Positions 1-8,663 of a stretch of 64,000 nt of DNA are shown piece after piece. The stretch comes from Marispirochaeta sp. (GTDB lineage Bacteria > Spirochaetota > Spirochaetia > JC444 > Marispirochaetaceae). A program made the position numbers and the translations under genes. Below the pieces are notes generated by a model. That model made no database searches. It worked only from the letters and a program-made list of their open reading frames with translations, and was not told where the DNA came from. The stretch covers positions 32,001 through 96,000 of the forward strand of contig CAXXFF010000004.1 of NCBI GenBank assembly GCA_963676835.2. Direction: 5' to 3'. Numbering within the stretch: position 1 is the first letter of the stretch; the number at the start of each line of letters is the position of its first letter.

Positions 1-579
1 ACTCATCATACAGACGGCTTCTACTATGGCGACAAGATTACCCTGAGAATTCCTTATTGCCCTACTCATGTGGATATGATACTGATCCTCGCCCTCCATC
101 CGGTGAACACCAATTTGATATTTCGCACCGGGGCGGTTCAATTCAGAAGAGGAATAGTTCTCAAGATTGTCTCCTACGGGAAAGCCCGGGCTATGCCAGA
201 TGCGCTTCCGGTCGGGACTCAGTAAAACAATATATCCAACTTCCGGCATCAGAAGTAATTCATCAAGAATTCTCCGCTCAAAAACACCGGTGGCAGCCAC
301 AGTGTCAACCGGCCTCTCATCTGAGATAATCCCGGCGCTGATTCGCAGCAGGGTATCTACCCGGTTGAGATTATTCGTAAGGTTATCCGCGATGATCCGT
401 GCCCGGTATTCCGTAGCCTCCATTGAGGCCAGTTCCATATTATGCAGACGGCTGCGGGCACTTGCCACTGCATATATGGTAACAAGCGCGGTAACCGCCA
501 GCAGGATTAACAGGGGAATTTGCCAGAAATTACTCTTTTTATTCAGTCTCACACCAGAACTCACTGCCTTGAATTGCAC
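1..579 (-). CDS. Membrane sensor protein, N-terminal part (TM helix + Cache-like periplasmic domain); runs off the window
   Basis: Not in the ORF track. Open minus frame from GTG 579 to base 1: VQFKAVSSGVRLNKKSNFWQIPLLILLAVTALVTIYAVASARSRL...LLLMPEVGYIVLLSPDRKRIW...HIHMSRAIRNSQGNLVAIVEAV. TM helix then a Cache-like pattern; output domain not visible. Confidence 0.7.
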   Translation of the reverse strand, partial: MQFKAVSSGVRLNKKSNFWQIPLLILLAVTALVTIYAVASARSRLHNMELASMEATEYRARIIADNLTNNLNRVDTLLRISAGIISDERPVDTVAATGVFERRILDELLLMPEVGYIVLLSPDRKRIWHSPGFPVGDNLENYSSSELNRPGAKYQIGVHRMEGEDQYHIHMSRAIRNSQGNLVAIVEAVCMMS

Positions 580-581
580 CG

Positions 582-1595
582 CTATCTTTTATCCAGAGCA
601 AGAAATGAGGGATCAAGAGAAAGGCTCTGAATCATATTTTCCCTTTCGCCCTGCAGCAGTAACCTGGTTGTCCTGATCTCGTTATATGCGGGAGAGAATA
701 TCTGCATACCATTTGCTTCTGCGATTTTACGGGCTTCCCACTGGGCTTCCGCGGCTGCCCGTTTCTGCTCGTCGGCGGCATTGTTCCAGACTTCGCGGAA
801 AATCTGCTGCTGCTCAGGAGTAAGAACCTGCCAGAAAGATAAAGATACCATGGGAATGTACTGGGGAAAGTATTCACTATCGGTATATGCATACTGCAGA
901 CCGTACTTCCACATTTCTGCACTGCGAATACTTTCGAAGGTGGTAAGAACACCATCCACATAGCCGTCTTTAATGCGCGGCGGAAGGTCGGGCCATGAAA
1001 TAATCACCGCCTCAGCCCCGAGAGCTTCCACCCGCATCTTATTCACGTTCCCACCGGCTACACGGATTCTTAGACCGTTTATGTCAGAAATTTTCCGTAT
1101 CGCCTTATGGGTAGTAAAAAGATGGGCAGGACCGAGATCCATCCAGACTCCGGGAATCACCACATTAAGTTTTGATTCGATGCGGCGGATAATCTCCTGC
1201 CCGACAGGCTCACCCAGGACCCTATCCATTTCCGCAGAGCTTGCACCATAAAAATCGGGTAAAAGAAAGTAGTCGGTTTCCGGTATATATTTGCCCAGCT
1301 GCCAGGTGCCGGGAACCGCCATTTCTACATCACCGCGAACAAGGGCTCCCACAACCTGACTGTCACGGTAAAGCCTGGCACTATGGTAGACTTCTACTTC
1401 AATGCTGTTCTGCAGACGCATCCGCAGCTCCTGGGCAAAATTCATCACCGCCTGAGTCTGAACATGGGTCTCTGAGTTTTCAATGGAAATTCGTAAACGG
1501 GGACGGGGTTCGGCATATATTGACGTAGTTATTGCAGTTATAATGACAAGGATTATCAGAAATTGATATATACCCGGTTTCACTGGCACCCCCAT
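582..1595 (-). CDS. dctP: TRAP transporter solute-binding protein (DctP family)
   Basis: N-terminal hydrophobic segment, VEVYHSARLY, GDVEMAVP, GLRIRV with the conserved Arg, DGYVDG. Confidence 0.85.
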   Translation of the reverse strand: MGVPVKPGIYQFLIILVIITAITTSIYAEPRPRLRISIENSETHVQTQAVMNFAQELRMRLQNSIEVEVYHSARLYRDSQVVGALVRGDVEMAVPGTWQLGKYIPETDYFLLPDFYGASSAEMDRVLGEPVGQEIIRRIESKLNVVIPGVWMDLGPAHLFTTHKAIRKISDINGLRIRVAGGNVNKMRVEALGAEAVIISWPDLPPRIKDGYVDGVLTTFESIRSAEMWKYGLQYAYTDSEYFPQYIPMVSLSFWQVLTPEQQQIFREVWNNAADEQKRAAAEAQWEARKIAEANGMQIFSPAYNEIRTTRLLLQGERENMIQSLSLDPSFLALDKR

Positions 1596-1635
1596 GAATC
1601 AAGCATAAGCAATGGGACTGGCAGGTGCAAATAAA

Positions 1636-1667
1636 ATGCGGAGAGAATCGGAAGATTCTTTCCGCAT
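1636..1667 (-). terminator. Intrinsic terminator-like hairpin
   Basis: ATGCGGAGAGAATC-GGAA-GATTCTTTCCGCAT, followed by TTTATTT on the minus strand just after the small ORF. Confidence 0.65.
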
Positions 1668-1672
1668 ATTTA

Positions 1673-1837
1673 TCAGTCTTTCCAGGTTACGGTGATTTTC
1701 TCCCCGGGGATTTTTTCCTTGATGATCTCCGCAAGACGGACCAGTTCATCTTTACAGCAGTCAACGGTTTTACCATCCATTAGCCGGGTTTTCAACTCAT
1801 CCGCAAACTGGGTAAGGGTAATCTCCTTCTGTGACAT
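1673..1837 (-). CDS. Small hypothetical protein (54 aa, DCC motif)
   Basis: GAGGAGGA RBS before ATG 1837 and its own terminator; MSQKEITLTQFADELKTRLMDGKTVDCCKDELVRLAEIIKEKIPGEKITVTWKD. Confidence 0.7.
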   Translation of the reverse strand: MSQKEITLTQFADELKTRLMDGKTVDCCKDELVRLAEIIKEKIPGEKITVTWKD

Positions 1838-2024
1838 TGTATCCTCCTCGATTCTCTTTTTTAAAAGTACCACCACCGTCATAGCAACGCAAGAAATTTA
1901 GCACGTATCCTGCATAATCAGCCTGATTATAAAGTTATAACAAAAACCTTATAAAACAGCCTGTACTAATTCCGTTTTACCTGACATACTCTTTTTGTCG
2001 GCCAACGGCCGATACCATGGAATT

Positions 2025-3275
2025 ATGAATAGAAACAAGCAGCCTGATGACATAGTCGTTACCGGTATCGGGGTAATCTCCTCGATTGGAAATACAAAAG
2101 ATACATTCTGGTCAAATCTTACCGCCGGAGTATCAGGAGCCGCCCGTATCCAGGCTTTTGATCCGGAAGGATTCGGAACAACCTTCGCCTGCGAGGTAAA
2201 GGATTTTAATCCCCAGACACTTATGGACCGCCGCAGGGCAAAACGTATGGCCCGATTCAGCCAGTTTGCCACCTGTGCAAGCCTTGAAGCACTTTCTGAC
2301 TCCGGTCTTGACCTAGCCAATGAAGATTCTGCCCGTATCGGCTGCATCATAGGAACCGGGGCCGGGGACTACTCCCTCCTCGAGGTCCAGCATAGAACCT
2401 TCTTTGAAAAAGGCCCCCTCAAAGCTCACCCGCTCACAGTACCCCAGGTTATACCGAACATGGCAGCGGGAAACGCTGCTATCGAGATGGGGATAAACGG
2501 GCCGAACTTTGCAGCCATCTCCGCCTGTGCAACCGGAACACATGCGGTGGCAACCGCAGCCATGATGATTCAATGCGGACAGGCTGACATTATGTTCGCC
2601 GGTGGGGCCGAAGCAACGGTCAGTCCCGTTGCGGTGGACGCCTACGGCTGCATGAAGGTCCTCTCAACCCGAAACAGTGAGCCGGCACAGGCAAGCCGGC
2701 CTTTTGACAGGGATAGAGACGGCTTTGTTATGGGAGAAGGTGCCGGGATTCTTGTCCTTGAAAAACGTGAGCATGCTGAAAAGCGGGGGGCCAGAATCTA
2801 CGCAGTACTTGCAGGTTCGGGGATGACCTCCGACGCCTTTTCCATAGCTGCACCCCGGGATGACGGCCGCTGGGCAGCTGCCGCAATGAAAACAGCAATG
2901 CAGATGGCAGGACTCAATCCTGAAGATATCGGCTATATCAATGCCCACGGGACATCCACCCACGCCAACGATATAACCGAGACCCGGGCAATTAAAGAGG
3001 CTCTTGGCAATAATGCCTACGATGTACCCGTCAGTTCGATTAAATCCATGATCGGACACGCCCTGGGTGCAGCAGGAGGCATTGAAGCTGCAGTCTCAGC
3101 CTTGTCGCTGTATCATGGCGTCCTGCCGCCAACCATCAACCTTGAAACACCGGATCCGGAATGCGATCTGGACTACATTCCGGGCTCTGCCAGAGAAATA
3201 CAAGCCAAAGCTGTACTTTCCAATTCCTTCGGCTTCGGAGGCCATAATGGAGTACTGGCTTTTACGCAAAACTGA
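2025..3275 (+). CDS. fabF: Beta-ketoacyl-ACP synthase II
   Basis: VVTGIG, catalytic SACATG, INAHGTST, KSMIGHALGAAG, SNSFGFGG; start set at ATG 2025. Confidence 0.93.
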   Translation: MNRNKQPDDIVVTGIGVISSIGNTKDTFWSNLTAGVSGAARIQAFDPEGFGTTFACEVKDFNPQTLMDRRRAKRMARFSQFATCASLEALSDSGLDLANEDSARIGCIIGTGAGDYSLLEVQHRTFFEKGPLKAHPLTVPQVIPNMAAGNAAIEMGINGPNFAAISACATGTHAVATAAMMIQCGQADIMFAGGAEATVSPVAVDAYGCMKVLSTRNSEPAQASRPFDRDRDGFVMGEGAGILVLEKREHAEKRGARIYAVLAGSGMTSDAFSIAAPRDDGRWAAAAMKTAMQMAGLNPEDIGYINAHGTSTHANDITETRAIKEALGNNAYDVPVSSIKSMIGHALGAAGGIEAAVSALSLYHGVLPPTINLETPDPECDLDYIPGSAREIQAKAVLSNSFGFGGHNGVLAFTQN

Positions 3276-3305
3276 TACACAAGAATCACAATATGGAGGA
3301 ATTTC

Positions 3306-4784
3306 TTGAATACACCAGTCATTGAAAACACAGTAAACACCATAAAAAAGATTGCCGACGACCTTTCCGGATCGCTGCCGGTAAAACATATCCAGTCTTT
3401 TCTCGGCAACCTGAATACAGCGGGCCGCATGGAATGGCCTTCCCTTAAAATAGGTGATCTGCACATAAGAAAACCGGTTGTCCAGGGCGGCATGGGCGTA
3501 GGATTGTCTCTTTCCGGCCTGGCTGCCGCTGTTGCCAATGCAGGTGGTGTCGGGGTAATTGCGGCAAATGCCATCGGTATGCTTGAAAAGGACTATTTCA
3601 AAGACGGCAGAGCAGCCAACCTCAGCGCTCTGCGCCGGGAAATCCGTACTGCCCGGAGCAACAGTGACGGGGTTATCGGTGTTAATATCATGGTCGCGGT
3701 GAATGACTTCCATGAACTGCTTGATGTTGCCATTGAAGAGAAGGTAGACATCGTATTTATGGGTGCAGGGCTTCCGATCAAGAACCTGCCGGTGGAAAAG
3801 CTGAGAAATGCCGGTGTGAAAGCGGTACCTATTGTAAGCTCCGCACGGGCTGTTGAGATGATCTTCAAAATGTGGAAGAAAATCTACAACGATGTTCCCG
3901 ATGCGGTTGTACTCGAAGGACCTCTTGCTGGAGGACACATCGGTTTTTCCGCAGAACAGATTGATCAGCCCGAGTTCCAGCTGGAACATCTTCTGCCCCT
4001 TATCGTAGAAGCAGTTAAACCCTTTGAAGCGGATTTCGGCAGAGCCATACCGGTTATTGCCGGCGGCGGAGTCTATTCCGGAGAAGATATTCATAAAATG
4101 ATTAAACTGGGCGCCTCGGGAGTCCAGATGGGAACACGGTTTATTGCAACCGATGAATGCGATGCCGACAGAGCCTTCAAAGAAGCATATGTCGCCTGCA
4201 GCAAAGAAGACATCGGGCTGATAAAAAGTCCCGTTGGAATGCCCGGACGGGCAATCCGCAACTCCTTTATTAAAGATTCAGAGGCCGGACGCAGGCCCTC
4301 ATTTAAATGTGCCTGGCAGTGTCTTGCAAGCTGCAAAGCAGAAGCAGCCAACTACTGTATTTCCATAGCCCTCAATAATGCACGGCGGGGGAAACTGGAA
4401 CAGGGCTTTGTTTTTGCCGGCGCAAATGCCTACCGCATAACAGAAATAGTTCCTGTGGCATCCCTGGTTGCGGAACTTGAGGCGGAGTACAGTAAAGCTG
4501 CCGGCGCTGTAATCAGCCAGCGGCTCAGCGGAATTGTTGAATCGTTAAAAGACCTGCGGGCTCAGTATGATGCGTTAAAAGCCCGGGCAGGTGAAGCAGG
4601 CAAGGCATATGAAAATGCCCTGAAAGAGAGAATTCGCAATATTCAGGATTCCGGAATGGAAGAAATAACCCGGCAGTATACTGCCATTCTTGAGAGCATG
4701 AAGGAGATTCAGTTCCGCCTTACTGAAAAGCTGGCTGATTCCTGTGCTCTCCTTAACAGCGGAAGTATTCCCGCTTCCATATAG
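3306..4784 (+). CDS. Nitronate monooxygenase-family flavoprotein, FabX/UfaA-like (FMN, probable 4Fe-4S), with C-terminal coiled-coil extension
   Basis: PVVQGGMGVG, EGPLAGGH, GVQMGTRF, SPVGMPGRA, CxxxCxxxC-x7-C (CAWQCLASCKAEAANYC); GGAGGA RBS before TTG. Confidence 0.85.
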   Translation: MNTPVIENTVNTIKKIADDLSGSLPVKHIQSFLGNLNTAGRMEWPSLKIGDLHIRKPVVQGGMGVGLSLSGLAAAVANAGGVGVIAANAIGMLEKDYFKDGRAANLSALRREIRTARSNSDGVIGVNIMVAVNDFHELLDVAIEEKVDIVFMGAGLPIKNLPVEKLRNAGVKAVPIVSSARAVEMIFKMWKKIYNDVPDAVVLEGPLAGGHIGFSAEQIDQPEFQLEHLLPLIVEAVKPFEADFGRAIPVIAGGGVYSGEDIHKMIKLGASGVQMGTRFIATDECDADRAFKEAYVACSKEDIGLIKSPVGMPGRAIRNSFIKDSEAGRRPSFKCAWQCLASCKAEAANYCISIALNNARRGKLEQGFVFAGANAYRITEIVPVASLVAELEAEYSKAAGAVISQRLSGIVESLKDLRAQYDALKARAGEAGKAYENALKERIRNIQDSGMEEITRQYTAILESMKEIQFRLTEKLADSCALLNSGSIPASI

Positions 4785-4806
4785 AAACCGGGAAAACAAG
4801 CCGATT

Positions 4807-4840
4807 AAAACCGCCGTTAAACCTTAGCGGCGGTTTTTTT
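4807..4840. terminator. Bidirectional terminator-like hairpin
   Basis: AAAACCGCCG...CGGCGGTTTTTTT between convergent genes. Confidence 0.7.
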
Positions 4841-5227
4841 GTCACACACCTGGTGAGCTATTTCCCCTATTTCGGCTATCGCTTCTCTTAACTCAACCAG
4901 TTCTTCATTGGTGGGGTCTTTAATATGAAACTTCTCCAGAGAACAGATAGACTGGATATTTTCGTATTTCAATATCCGTTCTCTGAGTCCGGCATCAACC
5001 GGCATTACCCGTTCCAGGCCGTCCATTAAATCGGTGAAGGTGTGGTTATCAGGCAGGTTATCATGAAAATCCAGGATAGCCATAACATAGCTCTCCAGGG
5101 ACATGGAAAGCAGATTATAGCGGATGGTGGGCAACAGCTTTACCTTGCCTCCCTCCTTTGGAGTCCCGGATTTCAGATATTTGTCACCATGTTCAAGCCA
5201 TTCCGGCCAGGTAAGTGCGCTGCTCAT
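4817..5227 (-). CDS. Hypothetical protein, HEPN-like helical fold
   Basis: YNLLSMSLESYVMA and LPDNHTFTDL resemble the HEPN 'Q..E..LKA' and 'P..H.L..L' motifs. Confidence 0.55.
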   Translation of the reverse strand: MSSALTWPEWLEHGDKYLKSGTPKEGGKVKLLPTIRYNLLSMSLESYVMAILDFHDNLPDNHTFTDLMDGLERVMPVDAGLRERILKYENIQSICSLEKFHIKDPTNEELVELREAIAEIGEIAHQVCDKKTAAKV

Positions 5228-5535
5228 ACGCTCTCCTTTGAAAAGGTAAGTTCCAGCTCTTCGCCTTTGGGTTTCATGGAAAAAACACCCTCACGGCTCA
5301 GGCTGCACTTATACTTTGCACAAACAGTGCCAAGACTGTTGTAAATTTCATCCCGATCTGCCCTGGGGCTCTCTTCGTTGAAATGACAGATCAAACCGTT
5401 ATCACAAGTCTCATCAAACTGCAGTATAAAGGCAGAATGTTCGGGAAAAATGAGATCATCATAGGCATACGAGACCTCAAGACCAGTTGCTTCCGCTAAA
5501 ATTGTCCTGACCGCTTCTATATCTCTGGTTTTCAT
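5224..5535 (-). CDS. Hypothetical protein (103 aa), translationally coupled to the HEPN-like gene
   Basis: ATGA overlap at 5224-5227; upstream TTGACC-17-TATGTT promoter-like sequence. Confidence 0.7.
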   Translation of the reverse strand: MKTRDIEAVRTILAEATGLEVSYAYDDLIFPEHSAFILQFDETCDNGLICHFNEESPRADRDEIYNSLGTVCAKYKCSLSREGVFSMKPKGEELELTFSKESV

Positions 5536-5719
5536 AGCATGAAGAACATAGAAAAGAAAAAAGGCGGGGTCAATAGTTTTATTTAATTTTTCGAATTTTT
5601 TTGAAGATCTCTCAATGGTTCGGCATTTATATTACATAAGTGTAAATTTATGCATGCTTTTTACTTTTTTGTATAAATTCATTTACTATATACAACATAA
5701 ACCAAAACCTTGTTGTTCC

Positions 5720-5749
5720 TGTTTTGTCATGTTTCGTACTGCTTTGTAC
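5720..5749 (+). repeat. Three head-to-tail 10-bp direct repeats upstream of modA (candidate operator)
   Basis: TGTTTTGTCA / TGTTTCGTAC / TGCTTTGTAC. Confidence 0.5.
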
Positions 5750-5911
5750 CAAATGTTAATTACCATACCCACAGGGAAATACCAAGCAATCGACAGATAA
5801 GGCCTTACAGCCACTATCCTATATTCACATCCGGTTTCAATTCTTGGTATGACCTTTGCATATATACCGGTGGGCGAACCCCCGGAATACATCAAATGAT
5901 AGAGGAAACAT

Positions 5912-6685
5912 ATGAGCAAAAAGATTATTATGCTTACCGGACTGCTGCTACTTTTAACAACTCAGCTTTTCGGTGCAGGAACGCAGGAGAAAAAAGAATC
6001 TATTACCGTGTATATAGCCGCCAGCACAACAGATCTGATGGGAGATCTTGGCGCACTGTATACTGAGGCCACCGACGTTGAAGTAAACCTGAATCCAGCC
6101 TCAAGCGGAACCCTGGCACGACAGATAGAACAGGGAGCCCCTGCAGATGTATATGTTTCCGCATCAAAAAAATGGATGGATTATATTGAGGATATGGGCT
6201 CGACAGAAACCAGGGCCCCTTTTGTAAACAACAAGCTGGTGCTTATTGTCCCTTCCGATTCAGGCCTGACTCTTCCCGATATCGAGGAGGGGATAAAACT
6301 GCCGGAGCTTTTTAACGGCAGACTCTCCATGGGAGACCCGGAACATGTGCCTGCAGGAAAATATGCCATGGAAGCCCTTAGCTACTATGGATGGTACGAA
6401 CCTCTGAAAGAGCGTATTCTCCCCGGAAGCGATGTCCGTGCAGCAATGGCCGTGGTTGAACTGGGAGAAACAGAACTGGGAGTTGTTTACGAGACGGATG
6501 CAAAAAAATCAGAGCGGGTAAAAATAGCAGCCTCTTTTCCCGAGGAATCTCATACGCCGATTGCCTATTTCATTGCAGACCTGAAAGGAGGTAGTATGGC
6601 GGCCAGGGAGTTTACCCGTTTTGTACTGGAATCGCCTGAAGCACAGGACTGCTGCAGAAAATACGGTTTCTCACTGCCGCAATAG
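5912..6685 (+). CDS. modA: Molybdate ABC transporter substrate-binding protein
   Basis: Signal peptide, ASSGTLARQIEQGAPADVYVSA, GDPEHVPAGKYA, VYETDA. Confidence 0.93.
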   Translation: MSKKIIMLTGLLLLLTTQLFGAGTQEKKESITVYIAASTTDLMGDLGALYTEATDVEVNLNPASSGTLARQIEQGAPADVYVSASKKWMDYIEDMGSTETRAPFVNNKLVLIVPSDSGLTLPDIEEGIKLPELFNGRLSMGDPEHVPAGKYAMEALSYYGWYEPLKERILPGSDVRAAMAVVELGETELGVVYETDAKKSERVKIAASFPEESHTPIAYFIADLKGGSMAAREFTRFVLESPEAQDCCRKYGFSLPQ

Positions 6686-6708
6686 GCAAGAAAGCCCGGG
6701 AGATCAGC

Positions 6709-7407
6709 TTGAATACAACAGCAATTTTTACAACCGTTCTTCTTTCCGTAAAGATTGGAATCATAGCAACAGCTTGCAATCTCCCGGTTGCCCTGTTTCT
6801 GGTTTATATCCTTTCGCGGTATTCGTTTCCCGGAAAAACACTGGTTGACGGGATAATCAACCTTCCACTGGTAATGCCTCCGGTGACAACAGGCTACCTG
6901 CTGCTTTTTGTTCTGGGAAAACGGGGCCTTATCGGATCCGTGCTTTTTTCTGCTTTCGGCATAAGGATTGCCTTTACCCAGGCCGCAGCTGTATTGGCAT
7001 CCATGGTGGTCTCATTTCCGCTGATTACCCGGAGTATCCGCATTTCAATGGAAATGATCGATCCGCGGCTTGAACAGGCAGCCTGCACCCTGGGAGCGAA
7101 CAGGTTTGAAACTTTTCGCAGAGTCACCCTGCCCCTGGTTTTTCCAGGGGTAGTAAACGGCCTGATCCTGGGATTTGCCCGCAGCATGGGGGAATTCGGT
7201 GCAACCGTAACATTTGCAGGCAGCATTGCAGGGGAAACACGGACTATTCCCCTTTCGGTCTATTCGCTGCTGCAGGTTCCGGGAAAGGAGAAGGAAGCTG
7301 CCATGCTGGTGGGGGTCTCAGTTGTAATCTCCTTTATGGCCATGTTTCTCTCCTCTCTTCTCACCGGAAAAAACAGAAAGAATGAAGGAGAACCGCAGCC
7401 TTTATGA
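6709..7407 (+). CDS. modB: Molybdate ABC transporter permease
   Basis: LPLVMPPVTTG, EAA loop LEQAACTLGA, FARSMGEFGAT. Confidence 0.93.
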   Translation: MNTTAIFTTVLLSVKIGIIATACNLPVALFLVYILSRYSFPGKTLVDGIINLPLVMPPVTTGYLLLFVLGKRGLIGSVLFSAFGIRIAFTQAAAVLASMVVSFPLITRSIRISMEMIDPRLEQAACTLGANRFETFRRVTLPLVFPGVVNGLILGFARSMGEFGATVTFAGSIAGETRTIPLSVYSLLQVPGKEKEAAMLVGVSVVISFMAMFLSSLLTGKNRKNEGEPQPL

Positions 7408-8459
7408 GTCTGGAATTTGATCTGACCCTCCCCCGCCGGGATTTTACCATAAACCTTTCCGGGTCTTTCGGAAAAGAGACTATCGGAATATACGGGCCTT
7501 CGGGAGCAGGTAAAACCAGCTTCTTCAGCATGCTTCTGGGCCTGGAGAAGCCCCGGAAAGGCAACATAATTCTGAACAACAGGGTGCTTGCCGATACAGA
7601 GGCCGGAGTTCATGTTCCGGTTAACCGCAGACGTATCGGAGTGGTGTTTCAGGAAAAGCTGCTTTTTCCCCATTTGACCATTCGTGAAAATATACTTTTC
7701 GGCGAGCGCTATGCACCGGAGCACAGAATATCCCTCGAATCAGTTGCTGAACTGCTTGATGTTACTCCCATGCTTGACTCAAGGCCTGCTGAAATTTCAG
7801 GAGGCGAACAGCAGCGGGTAGCTATCGCCCGGGCCCTGCTTACCTCGCCGGAACTCCTTCTTTTAGACGAGCCCTTTAATGCTGTACATGCGGAACTGCG
7901 GCTTTCAATACTCCCTTACCTAAACAGGCTCACCGAAGAACTGAAAATACCCATGCTGGTTATAAGCCACGACCTGCCGGATATCCAGCGGCTGACCAGT
8001 ACAGTTTACCTGATACACAGGGGAATCTGCAGCGGATTCGGCAATATATTCACTCTCTTCAGCGAAAGCGATTCCATGACGGACAACTCCGGACTGGTGA
8101 ATACTTTTTCGCTGTATGAACCGCGGAAAATAGAGCCCGGCCTTTACTCCTGCAGCGTGGACGGCATCCCCGGTGATTTTATTCAGTCCCCGGTGGCTCC
8201 GGGAAACAATTTCACGCTGGTACTTCAGCCGAATGAAATATCCCTCTCTACCCGCAGAATAAGTAACACCTCAATTCAGAACCAGCTGCCCTGCAAAGTT
8301 ACAGAAATAATAATGCGGGAGGATTTTGTCTACTGCGGGCTTAAATCTGGGACAGTGCCATTGTACGCAAAAATAACCGCTTCCGCGGTACGAGACCTTA
8401 TGCTGAAACCCGGAGACAATGTTTTCGCATTGTTTAAAACCCAGGCACTTTCTCTATAA
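7404..8459 (+). CDS. modC: Molybdate ABC transporter ATP-binding protein with C-terminal TOBE domain
   Basis: GPSGAGKT, ISGGEQQR, LLLDEP, ISHD, TSIQNQL...AKIT. Confidence 0.92.
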   Translation: MSLEFDLTLPRRDFTINLSGSFGKETIGIYGPSGAGKTSFFSMLLGLEKPRKGNIILNNRVLADTEAGVHVPVNRRRIGVVFQEKLLFPHLTIRENILFGERYAPEHRISLESVAELLDVTPMLDSRPAEISGGEQQRVAIARALLTSPELLLLDEPFNAVHAELRLSILPYLNRLTEELKIPMLVISHDLPDIQRLTSTVYLIHRGICSGFGNIFTLFSESDSMTDNSGLVNTFSLYEPRKIEPGLYSCSVDGIPGDFIQSPVAPGNNFTLVLQPNEISLSTRRISNTSIQNQLPCKVTEIIMREDFVYCGLKSGTVPLYAKITASAVRDLMLKPGDNVFALFKTQALSL

Positions 8460-8663
8460 TGGATTACATTAATGTGAACAGGGACAGAATCGGTCAAGCT
8501 CCATCAACGCTGCACATGCACTGACGGTGGTTCCATAAAAGTAGACAGGTTTATCCCGGTTCGTACTCTTTTTTCAGCATGAGTAATAGCATCCTGAATG
8601 AAAAGCGGAAAGCACTGCAGCTTATTATTGAGTGATTTTCACACCAAAGCTATAATCTTCTCC

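Noticed and set aside
57..676. Plus-strand ORFs 57..329 and 167..676
   Set aside because: Shadows of the minus-strand sensor and dctP genes; no protein-family motifs
1899..1914. Sigma54-like TAGCACGTATCCTGCA upstream of fabF
   Set aside because: The -24 dinucleotide is AG, not GG; a -10 box at 2013 explains the gene better
3096..4094. Long antisense ORFs (also 14525..15460, 30980..32035, 48492..49430, 53392..54294)
   Set aside because: Each lies opposite a well-supported gene and has no recognisable motif
4817..5535. Canonical MNT-HEPN toxin-antitoxin pair
   Set aside because: The partner lacks the nucleotidyltransferase signature and the HEPN-like protein lacks a clear Rx4-6H
5760..5911. 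Moco/Wco riboswitch upstream of modA
   Set aside because: Could not recognise the conserved stems or motifs
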